Shown: positions 1-11,866 of the stretch, piece by piece
Layout of the letters: every line of letters begins with the position of its first letter
Numbering within the stretch: position 1 is the stretch's first letter
NCBI GenBank assembly: GCA_014905635.1
Contig: JABVCE010000021.1
Span: 62,001 to 126,000, forward strand
Source of the DNA: Scenedesmus sp. PABB004
Lineage: Eukaryota
Direction: 5' to 3'
Length of the DNA: 64,000 bases
The notes under the pieces: model-generated
What the model saw: the letters and a program-made list of their open reading frames with translations, nothing else
What the model was told of the DNA's origin: nothing
The model's database searches: none
Made by a program: the position numbers and the translations under genes

Positions 1-537
1 CGGGTCGGGCCACCTGCCGCGCGCGCCGCGGGGCGCTGTGCTGCGCCGCCCGACCGCGCCGCCGCACCAGTCAACGTCGGCCAGGCCGTCCGGCCCGCCC
101 GCGCCAGGCCTGCGCGCCGCCGCCACGACGCGCGCGCTCTGGGACGCCAGCGAGCGCACCTGCTCGAACGACCCCGCATTGCCGGGCACCAGCAGCGCCG
201 GCCGGCCCGCCGGCGGCAGCGCTGTGCGCGGCGGCGGCGGGTGGGGGTTGATCCCCCGCGCCGCGCGCCCGCCGCGCGCCGCCCGCACGCGCCGCGGCCC
301 GCGGCGGCCCGCCGCGGCCCGCCGGCGCGCACCCTGGCGCGCGAAGCTGGTCTCCCTGTACAGCAGCAGCCGGTAGCGGTGCCCCGCCCAGGCGGGGTCG
401 GCCAGCGGGACGGGCGTGTAGCTGGAGTACATGTAGGTCTGCTCGCACGCGCAGCGCTGCGCCCGCTGCAGCAGGCCACCGAGCGCGCCGAGCAGCACCA
501 CGCCCGCCAGCGCGGCAGCGGCGGCCAGCGCGCGCAT
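1..537 (-). CDS. PGAP1: GPI inositol-deacylase (PGAP1/Bst1 family), 5' part; runs off the window start
   Basis: Manual translation from ATG at 537 gives a hydrophobic N-terminus then CEQTYMYSSY...YRLLLYRE; the next exon gives PALLVPGNAGSFEQVRSLAS, matching the PGAP1 motif P-V-L-F-I-P-G-N-A-G-S-x-x-Q-V-R-S. Confidence 0.88.
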   Translation of the reverse strand, partial: MRALAAAAALAGVVLLGALGGLLQRAQRCACEQTYMYSSYTPVPLADPAWAGHRYRLLLYRETSFARQGARRRAAAGRRGPRRVRAARGGRAARGINPHPPPPRTALPPAGRPALLVPGNAGSFEQVRSLASQSARVVAAARRPGAGGPDGLADVDWCGGAVGRRSTAPRGARGRWPDP

Positions 538-955
538 GGCTGCAGCCGCAGGGCGTCCGGGGCATGTCGGGGAGCGGCCGCCCGCGGTGCCTGGCGGCCG
601 GCGCGCGCGCGCCGCGTTTGCGCGCGACGCCGAGAGCCCACCGGCGGCGGTCGCGGCGGCGCGCGTGGCTGCTGCGCCTGCGGCGCTGTGACGCGGTGAC
701 CGCGGGCGCTGTGGCTGTGGCGAGGCCAGCTGCGGTGGTCGTTCGCTGGGGCGCAGGAGCAGCGGGCGGCGGCGGCGCCGCCCGCTCAGCTCCCCTGCGC
801 CCACCCCGCCGCGCCGCGCCCACGCCCGCAGTCCCGCCACAGTCTCCGCACCACTCCCGCTGCGCCCAGGCCCGCGCCGGCGCACGCACGCCGGCAGCGG
901 CCCGCAGCCACCGCAGCGCGAGCGCAGCGCCGACCCCAGGCGGCGAGCCGACACG

Positions 956-3095
956 ATGCGGCGGGCGGGAGCTCTGGCAGCGGCCGTCGCGGCGCGGCGC
1001 GCAGGTGGGGCGGGGAGCGGCCGCGCAGGCGCAACGAGATCACGCCCGGCGCTGCGCGGCGTCCCGGCCACCCCAGGCCCCGCCCGCGCGTGGCGCGACA
1101 GACGCGGCGGCCAGGCGTCGGAGACCGCAGCCCCGCGCGCCGCCGGCCGCCGCGCGCCGCTGGCGGCCAACCCCTGCCGCTGCTGCTGCCGCGCCCGCCG
1201 CCGCGCGATCGATCCGCAGGCGCTGTCGCCGCGGCCGAGGGCGCCGCAGCAGGGTGAGGCGGCGGCGGCGCAGGCGCCGCTCCGGCGGTTCGGCGGCGCG
1301 CGCAGGCGGTGGGGGCCGCGCCGACGCCGAATCGCCGCCGCCGCCGCCGCAGGTGGCCCGCCGCGTCGGCGCCGGCGCAGCAGGCGCTGCGCGGGCTGGC
1401 TGGCGGCCCCGGCCCCGCGATCGTGCCCAACCCGCTGCAGCAGATCGTGCCGCCCATCCTCAAGGGCATCGGCGGGGGTTTGTCGGGCGCCAAGGCCGGC
1501 GCCGCGGCGGCGTGGGAGCAGGTGACGTCGGGCCCCGCCACGCGCGGCGCGATCGCCTACTTTGCTGACAAGCTGCTGCTCAGCGGCACGTTTGTGTCGC
1601 CGGAGGACCTCGACCTCGCCAAGTGGGCGGCCTGGCTGGCGGGCAACGGCTACACGAGCAAGGCGGGCTGGGACGTGCTCGTGGCCGGCATTAAGGTGCG
1701 GGGGGGTGTGGGTGTGCGGGTGCTGTGGGTGTGGGTGTGGGTGGGTGTGTGTGTGTGTGTGTGTGGGGGGGGGGGGGTTGCGTACGCGCCTGCTGCCGCA
1801 CGGCAGCAGCAGCGGCCCGGCGGGGCGGCGGCGGCCGCGCGGCGCCCCGAGCGCGCGTCGCCGCTGCGTGGGCGGCCCGCGCAGGCCAAGGCGTCCAGTC
1901 TGGGCCCCGCCGAGATTGAGACGCTCGGCCCCGCGCTGCACGCGGTCGGGCGGTACGACAAGGAGCTCTTTGCGACCTTTGCGGAGACCATCAAGGTGCG
2001 CGCGCTGCCGCCGCGGCTGGCCCCCGCGGGGCGGGGCGGGCGCGCAGGGGCGGGGCGCGCAGGGGCATATGGGCCGGAGAGCTCGCGCCCGCGCCTGACC
2101 CCGACCCCGGCCGCCGCCGGCCGCGCGCCAGGCGCGCTTCACCGAGTGCGAGACCGCGGGGCTCGCGCGGCTGCTGCCGGTGTACGCGGCGCACGACTAC
2201 TTTGATGCGGCGCTGTGGGACGACGTGGCGGACGCGATCACGTACGCCAACCACTACCTGGCCCCGGGCGCGGTGCCGCTGCCGGACATCGCCGCGCTCT
2301 TCGCTGCGTACGCCAAGTACGAGGTGAGCCCGCCACGCCACCACACACCCCACACCGCCACCACGCCCGCGCGGCAGAGGGGCGACGAGGGGCGGGCGCG
2401 CGGCGGCGCGGCGGCGGCGCGGGCGGCCTGCCTCCTCGCGCGCCGCGGCCCCGGCCCCCGCGCTAACACAGGCGCCGCCGCCGCGTGCCCGCGCGCGGCC
2501 GCCGCCCAGGTTGACCGGGGCGACCTGTTTGTCGCGCTCGCGCGCTCCATCCACGAGGACCGCCTCCGCGCGCTGGACGACGAGGGCCTGAAGGCCGTCG
2601 TGGGCAGCCTGCTGGGCAGCTTCAAGGCGCTCGGCTTCTACCCCGACTGCACCGAGGCGCTGCTGCTCGCGGGCCGGCTGCGCCCGGGCGCGATGGGCCC
2701 CGCGGAGAACGCGCTCGCGGCAGAGGTGGAAGCCGAGGTGCGCGCCGCTGCCGCCCGCCGCCGCCCGCGCCCGCGCCCGCCGCCCGGCCGCGCTCGCGCT
2801 CGCGCTTGCCGCGCCCGCGCCGCCCGCCGACACGCCCGCCGACGCGCCCGCGCCCGTGTGCGTCGCGCGCGCGCAGCTGCGCGGCCACGCCGCGGACAGC
2901 AAGCTGCCCTGGCTGGACGGCGGGTTCAAGGACCCGGAGCACTTCCACGGCAAGGCGTTTGGCGCCTACAACCTGTGGGTCACGCGCGACGAGCTCTTCC
3001 CCACCTACTACCGCCCCAGCGACGTGAGCCCCCGCCCCGCGAGCATGGCGCCGCCGCCCGAGCCGCCCGCGGCCGCGCCGCCGGCCTCGAGCTGA
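956..3095 (+). CDS. Multi-exon hypothetical protein, helical, probably organelle-targeted
   Basis: ATG 956 with Arg/Ala-rich transit-peptide-like start. Exons joined at GT-AG sites give continuous protein-like sequence (GAIAYFADKLLLSG, LWDDVADAITYANHYL, WLDGGFKDPEHFHG). Stop TGA at 3095. Family not recognised. Confidence 0.7.
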
Positions 3096-3253
3096 GCGAC
3101 GCGCGCCGTGCGCGGCGAGGCGCGGAGGGCGGGCGGGCGGGAGGGGGCGGGCAGCTTAGAAACCTGGCCCAGCGCGTGTGGATGGGGGGCGCAGAGGCCG
3201 GCGGGGTGTGTTAACCGCTCCGATGCCAACGGCGCTGTGCGTGGCCGCCGCCG

Positions 3254-4599
3254 TCACCGCGCGCGTGCGCCCGCGGCGGCCGCGGCCGCCTCCAGCGCCG
3301 CGTGGCGGTGCCCGATGCCTGCCAGCGCCGCCGCCGCGCGCTGCACCGCGGCGTCGCCGACCGCGCCCCGGCCCGCGCGGTCCACGACCTCGGCGGCCAG
3401 CGCGTTGAGCAGGCGGTTGTCAAAAAAGTATCGCCCCATGGACGCAAAGCTGGACAGCAGGCCCACGAGCTCGCCCTCGCTCAGCTCGGCCGTGCGCTCC
3501 ATGGCCGCCTCTGGGAGGGCGGGCCGGCGGTCAGCGGGGCGCCCCGACGCGACACGACGCCCCGCCCGCGCGCGTGCGGCGCGCCCCGCCCGCACCCGCG
3601 AGCGCCGTGAGCAGGAACGGGTCCCGTGTCTCCAGCGCGGCCAGCGCCGCCGCCACGACCGCCAGCTCCTCGCTCGGCAGCTCGTCGGCGTCGGCTGCGG
3701 CCGGCACGCGCGGGCGTGGGCCGCGCCGCCCCCCGCGCTGGCGCCACGCTGCGGCGGCGCTCCGCGGCATGCGCGCTTGCGCGCTGGCGCGCGCGCGCAC
3801 GTTCGCTCGGCGGCGCTGCACAGCGCCTCTGCGCACCTGTGAGCACCTGGGCGGCGCCGAGAAGGAAGTCCAGCAGACCCGGGTGCCCGCCAAGGCGCGC
3901 GCTCGCGACGCTGCCCGCCACGCCATCGTTGCTCGGCACCCGCACGGTGCGACGGCCGTCATCGTGGCTGCTGCTTGCGCTGCTGCCGGTGACGCTGCTG
4001 CGGTCGTCGTCCGCGAGCTGCGCCGCCGCCCAGAGGAGGCTCGGCAGCTCGTCGAGCGGCAGCGAGGCCGCCGCCGGCGCGAGGCGCTGCAGCATGACCG
4101 CAAACACGCCGCGGTGCGTGTGGCCGACCTGCCGGCACGCCTCGGCAAACGCGGCCAGCTCGGTGCTGCTGAAGCCGCCGCCTGCGCTGGACAGCTCGGC
4201 CTCGAGCTGCGCGCACAGCGCATCGAGCTTCGCAGCGAGCTCGCCCGGCGGCAGCGACTCCGCCGAGAGCATCAGGGCAATGGCCTGCGAGTGCGGTGTT
4301 CGCGCCACCTTGGCTGGGCCCTCCGCCCCCGCTGGCCCGGCGCCGCCGGCCGCCGACGACCACCACCGCGCCACGGCTGTGGCGCCGCCGCACGGCCACT
4401 GACGGCAGCGACCGACCACGCCGGCACCGACGGCAGCGGTCGACCAGCCCTGTGCCACCGCCACCGTGGCGCCGCCGCACCGCGGCGGGGCTGCGCCGAC
4501 GGCCGCGGCCGCGGCAGCAGCGGCGGCGGCACGGGCCGCGCCCGCGCCAAGCCGCGCGCTGCCCGCTGCCCGCAGCGCCAGCACCACGAGCGTCTGCAT
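3254..4599 (-). CDS. Helical-repeat (OPR/FASTK-like) organellar RNA-binding protein, putative
   Basis: Transit-like N-terminus, then repeated motifs FSSTELAAFAEA, LPLDELPSLLWAAAQL, LPSEELAVVAAALAAL, LSEGELVGLLSSFASM, typical of degenerate ~38-aa repeats. Confidence 0.6.
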
Positions 4600-5221
4600 G
4601 CCACTGATCACACGAGCGCCGCCTGGACGGCCCGGTCCCAGCTGCGGAGCCGCAGGGCGCGCGGCAGCAGCGAGGCCGTTCGAGCGGTGGCGGCGTGGCG
4701 ATGCGAGACGCGAGGCCCGGGGGCGCGGTGCGTGAGCAAGGGGCTGCGGCGGTGCGTGAGCGGGCGGGCTGCCGGTGGCGCGTCGCGGCCGCAGCACCGG
4801 GGACCGTTGCACTTGGAGAGCAGCGCTGCGTTCTCAGCAGCGCACGGGCCGCCGTGCTCCTTGCTCGGCCCACGATCGGCAGTGCTGCGTGCGCGCGCGG
4901 CACCTCGGCCGCGCGCGCCGCCGTTTCTTGGTCAAAACGGGTCAAAAGTCGAATCAAATCACAGCGCCTAGTACGGTCAGGCGCCGAGCGTCACAGCTCG
5001 GCGCGGTGCGCGCACACCGCACGCCTCGGCGGCCTGGGCGGCCCGCCCTCACACGACGAAGCCACAGTGTGGTCCTGCTCAAGGTTGGGTTGGGTTGGGA
5101 TCGGGCAGGCAGCCCGATCCCCGTCTGCCAGTCATTTGATTGATGCGTGTGCCGCTTATCGTGCTCCCACGTCCCGTCACGCCGCCGCGTCGTCGCCCCC
5201 CACCGCCGCGCCGCCGCTGCC

Positions 5222-8200
5222 TCACTCCAGCGCGATGGAGGCGGCGGGGCGCAGCAGGTTGGGCGCCAGCGCGGCCATGTCGGCCACCACGGTCGCCAGG
5301 TCGGTGCTCATCGCCAGCGCCTGGCTCACCAGGCAGCGCCCGAAGCCAGCGCTCAGCCCAGACGCAAAGCCGCCGGGCTCCGGCACCGCGGGCAGGCGCT
5401 CGTCCCAGGCGTCGTCGCGGCCGCCCAGCTGCATCGCGGCGCTCGCAAAGGCGCCGGCCTCGGCCTCGTCGCCGCCGCGCCCGGCCTTGTCCAGGCCGGG
5501 CGCGGCGCCGCAGTCCCCGCCCGCGCCGGCGCGCGCCGGCGCCGTGGCGCCGGTCGTGAGCGCGGTGGCGGTCGAGCCACAGGGCTCGCCGCCGCTGGCC
5601 GCGCCTGCAGCGGCCAGCCCCCGGCTGGCGTCGGCGCATGCTGCAGCGCCGGGCGCCGTCGCCGTCGTCGTGCCCGCGTCCAGGCTGAGCCCCGCCGTCA
5701 CGCGGCACAGGCGCTCGCCCGACGCCCAGGCGGCCGCGCGGCTGCATTTGACACACCTCGCCCCGTCGGGGCCGCCCGCGTCGCCGGCGGCGGCGCGCTT
5801 GCCCCGCCGCGCCGCGCCGACCCTCGCCCCCGCGCCCGCCTGTGCGGGCGCCGGCGCGTCGCCGCGCCCGCCCGCTGCGGCCAGCGCGTCGAAGCGCGCC
5901 ATGATGGCCAGCGCCTCGCCCGGCAGCGAGGTCAGCAGCCCGCGCGCCTGCACCGCTGCCCACACGCGCCGCAGGCGCTCAAACCTCGCCGACCCCGGCT
6001 GCGGCAGGCGCCGCACGCCCCGCAGCTTGGCGCGCAGCGCCTCGTACGTCGCCTGGTCGCGCGGCGAGAGGCCCGCCGGCGCCGTCGCCTGGCTGCTGCC
6101 GCTGCTGGTCGCCCCGCCAGCCGCCGCCGCGGGCGCTCGCGGCGCGTCGCGCTGGTGGAACGACAGCTCGCTTGCGACGGTGGCCGTGGGGCTGCAGCCG
6201 CCGTCGCTGCCGCCGCGCGCGGCGGCGCGGGGGCTGCCGTCGCCGGCGCCACACGCGCGGGGGCTGGCCGGCACCGACGCCTGGCGCGGCAGCATCGGCG
6301 TGCTGCACGAGCTGGGCGTGGGGCCGTGCACGTGCGGCGCCAGCTCCACCGGCGCGCCGGGCGCCTCGCTGCCGCGCTCCTCGCTCGGCCGGCCGGCGTC
6401 GCCCGGCGCCTTGCTGGCGCGCAGCCGGCTCTCCACCGCCTCCGCCAGCCACGCGGGCAGCTGGCAGCGCGGCGCATCTGGCGCGCCACCGCTGACGCTG
6501 CAAGCGGCCGCGGGCGCGCGCGGCGCCTCCGCCGCCAGCGGCGCAGCGCCGTCCGTGCGCGCCGCCTGGCCCGCCGCCAGGGCGGCGTCCTCCTGCGCCG
6601 CGGCGCGCTCCGCCTCTGCGCGCTGCTGGAGGAGCCAGCGCAGCTTGAGCAGCTGCGTGTTGCCGCGCGGTGCGGTCAGACCACTGGCGTGGTCCGGCGG
6701 CTGCTCGCACGGGCTGGGGAGCGACTGGTGCCCCGGCAGCGGCAGCGGCAGCGGCAGCTGCACCCTGGGCTGCTCTGACGGGCCGGCCTGCTCGCCCACT
6801 GCCAGCCGCTCCAGGCTGCGCGTGAAGGGCGACGGCGCCGCAGCGGGGCAGCCCTCGGCAGGCTCGCCGCCCGCCGCCGCCGCGGGCGGGCTGCCGCCCG
6901 CGACGCGCGCGCGCTTGGACGCCGCGGCGCGCAGCGCCTCGGCCAAGCCTGGGATGTCTGCCGCGCGCCGCACGCCAGAGCCGCGCAGCCCCGGCCGCTG
7001 CGCCTCGGCGCCCGCGCCGCCGCCCCCGGGCGGCGCGCCTGCTGCGGCCTGCTGCGGCGGCGTCGCGGCGAGCGCGCCCAGGGAGCGCATGCCCTCCAGC
7101 AGCGTGTCCACCTCACCAAAGGGGTCGCCCCGCCCCGCCAGGCAGCCAGGCGCCGGGGGCGGGGTGCCGGGCGGGCACGCGGCGCCCGGGCTCGCCGGGG
7201 CGGCCGCGGCGGCCGCGCCGCCGCCCGCCGCGCGCGCCGCGCTCGCGAGCGCCTCGCAGGCGGCGCTGCTGCTCAGGCGGCTGCTCACGTTGCCCAGAAG
7301 CGCCGGCGGCGCGCCGCCGCTTGCCGCGCCTGCGGCGGTCTGTGCCAGGAGCTCGTGGGGTATGATGGGCGCAAGGCCCGCGAGCGCGTCGCGGTGCCAG
7401 CCGGGGGGGATGTCGCTCGGGGCGAGGCCCCCGTAGCTGCCCCACACGGCGAGCGGGTCGGCCGGCGCGCGGCGCGGCGCCGCGGCGCGCGGCGCGGGCT
7501 GGGCGCCGCGCGCCGCAGCGAGCCCGGGCGCCGCCTCGGGGTCCGCGCGCCCGGGCCGGCGCAGCTCGGCCGCGAGCTGCGCGCGCGCGCTGAGGCTGCG
7601 GGCCAGCGCGGCGACCGTCTCCACGCTCGGCGGCGCGTGCGCGGCGGCCGCCTCGGCCAGGCGCGCCTGGCACGCGGTGACCTTGCGCTCTGTGAGTGCC
7701 AGCAGCGCAGCGAGCGCGGCGCGCGGCCCGCCCGCGAGGTCGGCGGGCGGGGGCTGCGCGGCGACGTGCTGCGCGACGCGCCGTCGCTGCTGGCGCTCGG
7801 CGAGGCGCTGCTGGCGGGGCGGGGGCTCCCGCCTCGCGGCGCCGCGGCCTCGTCCGGGCGCGGCAGCGCGCGCCCGCCTGCCGCCCGGGGCGGCGCCGGG
7901 CTGCTGCTCACCGAGCGGTGGCGCAGCGCTGCGGGCGGAGCGGACGGGGGCGGACGGGGAGTCAGCGACATGGTCGGCGGCCCTGCCCGAGGAGGTGGCC
8001 CTGTCCGAGGCGCGGCGCAGCGCGGCGCGGCGCGGCGCGGCGCGGCGCAGGCGGCGCTCACCCAGCGGGCCGGCGTCCTCCGTCGCCGTCGCGGCGCTGG
8101 CGCCGGGGCGGCTGGGCGCGCCGGCGCTGCCGGCCGCCGCCGCCCAGGCGGCCCACAGGCGCGGCGGCAGCGCGGTGGCGGCGCTGCTGGCGGCGCCGCC

Positions 8201-8307
8201 CGCGGTCGCGACGCTGCCGGCGGCCGTGCGCGCGCGCTTGAGCGGCGCCGAGCCGTCGTCGCAGGCGGCCCCCTCGTCGACCATGGCGTCCACGTTCATC
8301 ACCATGG
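5222..8307 (-). CDS. Large low-complexity hypothetical protein
   Basis: Long open frame with protein-like islands (LKRAR, DIPPGWHRDALAGL, LLKLRWLLQQR, FERLRRVWAAVQARGLL). Start codon and introns uncertain. Confidence 0.5.
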
Positions 8308-10129
8308 TGGCGTGTCGCGGTGCATGCGGCGCCTGGTGCATCGGGGCTGCCCGCATGCACGCGCGCGCACGCCGACGCCTGCGGGCAGCGGGCGGGCGGC
8401 GGTGAGACGGCGCGCGGGGGAGGGCGCGTCGGCAGGACTGGGGCCGGGAACGAGCGCGAGTCGGCGCGCCGGCCGGCGGCGCTGCTCGGAGGCCCAGCGC
8501 GGCGCGGCGGCGGGTTGCCGGCTGGGCGGACCAACGCCGGCGCCGCCGCGCCGGGCCGCCGGCGGCGGCAGAGTACACCTCCATGGCCCCGCGGCGAGGG
8601 TGGGATCGCCCGGCCACGCGCGCGCGCCGGCGCGGCCCCCGGCGCGCGTGCTTCCGTGCTGCTGGGCGCAGGTCATCGCAAGCCGGAAAGGCCCCCGGCG
8701 CGGCCACGCACCGCGCTGCCTAGGTCGTGTCCACACTCCACCGGTCACCGCGCCCGGCAAGTGATGCGCAGCGTGTCGTGCCGCGGCAGCCGACCAGCGA
8801 CCGGCCCGCCTCTGTCGTGTATGCGGCCTCCGGCGTGTGCGTTGGTGCCGTCTGTCCAGGGCGACCCGGCGTCGGCGAGGAGCACGCGGCGCGGCCGGCC
8901 GCGCACCGGCGGTCCCGCTGAACCCGCGAACCCGCCTCCGGCCACGCGCACTCTTCCCGCGGCAGCCCGTCGCAGCACCGGTTACGCCACTGCGGCCGCG
9001 CGCACACGCTGCGCAGCCACTCACCGGTTCTCGTGCAGCGCGCACGCGCGCTGCTCGCCTGGCCGTTTTGATCGTGCGTTCATGCACGTGCGTTCAGGCA
9101 GCATGCTTTCAAGCATCATGCGTTCGTGCCCCATGCGTTCGTTGCTCAGCTCAGCAAGCAGCGGTAATGTGGTGGCGCGCGCGCGCGCGCTCAGGCCTCC
9201 GCACCCCCCCCCCCCTCCTCCCGTGTTGTTGTGCATCTTAAGGTGCAGCTCACATCGCAGCTCACATCGCTCACGGTGCACAACCACGTTGACACCCACG
9301 CTCCGGCACCGCGACCCCCAGGTTCGCCGCACTCATCAACGAACGCCCCGCTCACACAACGGGCGCCTTCAGCAGCACGCCCCGCGCAGCTAGCAGCAAC
9401 GTTCAACGTGCAACGTGCATCATCGGCACACCACACCACACCACACGCACCACTGCAACCCGCGCGTCACACGCCGAGCCACACGTCAGTCATACGACGA
9501 CAGCCAGGTCCCTCCGTGCACGTGGGAAACCTGGAAGGGAGCCCGCCGCGACCAGTCTGGCACTCGTTCGTTCTCCCTGCAGCGGGAGAGCTGCTTGCCC
9601 TGGCGTGCATTGCACAACGCCGCCCGCGCCGGCCAGCCAGCCCAGGCCAGCCCGCACCTCAGCCCAGACCAGCCAAAACAGCCTCAGCAGTCTAGTGTCC
9701 GGCCAAGCGGCCCGCTCAAGAGACCGCGCCCGCCCGCCCTCTGACGGATTGACCATCATCACCCGCGCAAGCGCGCCAGGCGTCCGCGATCAAGGCGGGC
9801 CCGGCAATCAACGGAAGAGTGCACGACAGCGAGGGCGCCCGGCGGCCCTTGCGGCGCGCCGGCTGCGCCCCAGCACGCCTGCGTCGGGCAGCGCCGTGCA
9901 ACCAAAATGTCTAGTGCCGTGCGCGCTGTGCGACACGCGCTATATATAGATCAAACAGGCCCCAGGCAGGTCAATAGGGCGCGCGGCGCTCAGCCGCGTG
10001 CAGTCGCTTTCATCAGCCCCCCGACGGGATTGGGGTCCAAGCCGAGCGGCTGGTGGGAAAAGGGATGTGTGTGGTGGACCAGCCGCGCCGCAGCACACGC
10101 AGTCGCTCACCGTGCCGCGAGCTCGCGCC

Positions 10130-11681
10130 TCACAGCGCCCAGCCGGGCGCCTGCTGCAGCAGCACGAGGCTGTCCGCCCCCAGCTCCCAGGGCGTGGCCA
10201 TGCCGGGCAGGCTGCACCCGTCGTCGTACGCGAGCGGCGCGGACAGGGCCTGTGGGGCCACGTGCGCGCACAGCTGCGCGCCGCAGCCGCCCAGGCCTGG
10301 GCCCGCCAGCGGCCCGGTCAAGGCGCCGCCGGCGGGCAGCGCCGCCAGCCCGAGCACGCCGCCGGGCGCCGGCAGCGCCGCGATGGGGCCGGTGCAGCCG
10401 TAGGCGCCGAGCCCGCCCGGCAGCGCGGCCTGGGCGCACGCGAGGCCGGCGTCGGGCGCGCCGCTCACGCCCAGGCCCGCGTAGATGGCCTGCAGCTGGC
10501 TGGCTGCCGCGTCGGCGGCCGCCTGCGCGATGGCGGCGTGGCCGTGGCTGGCCACCGCCTGGTCCTGCAGCGCCGTCAGCAGGCCGCCCAGGTGCGGGGC
10601 GGCGCCGGGGGCAGAGCCCGGCGCCGCGCCGCGCAGCGGGCTGCCGCCGCCGGCGTCGCCGGCGAGCGGCAGGCGCGCGTGCGCCTCGGGGCGGCCCGCC
10701 CAGGCTGCGGCGAGCATGCTGGTGTCAAGGCTGAAGCGCCGGACGCCCGGCCGCGACGGCGCCCCGACGCACGAGGCGCGCCGCCTGCGCGGCGCGCTGC
10801 CGGCGGCGGCGGCCGCAGGCTCCAGGCTGCTGCGCCGCGCGAGCCCCGGCTCGCCGCCGGCCGCGCCCTGGCCGCGGCCCGCCTGCGCCCGCCGCGCGCC
10901 GCGCGCCGCGAGCGCCTCCAGGCTGGCGCTGGGCAGCGCCACCAGGCTGAACTTGGCGACGCCCCCCGCCGCGCCGCCGGGCGACGCCGCGCCGCCGGGC
11001 GGCGCGCGCAGTTGGGCCGGGCCGTGCGCGAAGAAGCAGACTTGGCGGGCGCAGTCGTCGCCGTCGCGGCAGAGCGACGTCCGGCAGCGGTCGGGGTGCA
11101 GCCAGAACTCAAACACGCTGTGCGCGGCGGTGCACACGGCGCCCCGAGGGCAGCGCCCCGTCGCGAGCGCGTCGGCGCACGGCGTCGCGCTGTAGCGCAC
11201 GGGGCCGCGCGGGTCGCGCCGCGCCGCCTTCTCGCCGGGGTGGGCGAAGGGGCAGCTGCTCCACTCGTGCGCGCCGCGCTGCGGGCAGGAGGCAGTGGGC
11301 GGGCGGCGGCGGGTGGGTGGTGGCGGGTGGGCGGCGGCGGCACCCGGCGCAGCGCCCGCCGGAGCGTCTGGCGCTGTCTCAGCATGCCGGGCCGGCCGCG
11401 AGGACTGCTTTGGGGCCGCCGGGCGTGCGTAACGGGCCCACCGTCGCGCGCTTAGGCCCGGCCAGCGGCGCCCATCTCACCTCGGGGCAGGGCACCACCT
11501 TGAACGAGAACCTGGGGGACGGCCGGCGTTGCAAACGGGCGCGGTTTGGCGCGAGTGTCGGGGCGCGAACATTCAGCCCCCGCCCCGCCCCGGCCTGGCC
11601 ACGGGCGCGCGGCGCCACTCACATCCGGAAGTCATCAGAGTCGTGCGTCTCCTCCCGGGGCGACGCGGCCTCGGAGCACAT
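10130..11681 (-). CDS. Plant-type RR-TZF tandem CCCH zinc-finger RNA-binding protein
   Basis: Spliced translation gives SDDFRM-FSFKVVPC...HEWSSCPFAHPGEKAARRDPR...C-x8-C-x5-C-x3-H SVFEFWLHP...C-x5-C-x4-CFFAH, the RR-TZF signature. Confidence 0.92.
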
Positions 11682-11866
11682 CGCGCAGGCTCCCGGCGCG
11701 GCCCCCTCTTGCCCGAGTGTCCGGGGCGTCGCTAGCTGAGATGCGGATTTCGAGACTGCGACCACGGCAGCTGTCGGGCGCCTCGGGGCGGGGTCGGCGC
11801 GGCCTTTGGGTCACATCGCGCTGGGCCCTGAGACCTGGGCGCTGACTGCGGACGGCGCCGCACGGC

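Noticed and set aside
956..3095. Assignment as a mitochondrial ATP synthase ASA or complex I accessory subunit
   Set aside because: Plausible from the targeting peptide and helical character, but I could not match it to a specific sequence from memory.
9000..9960. Lower-GC stretch with a 12-bp duplication (GCAGCTCACATC x2) as a mobile element
   Set aside because: No termini, TSD or coding motif; adequately explained as promoter/3' UTR sequence.
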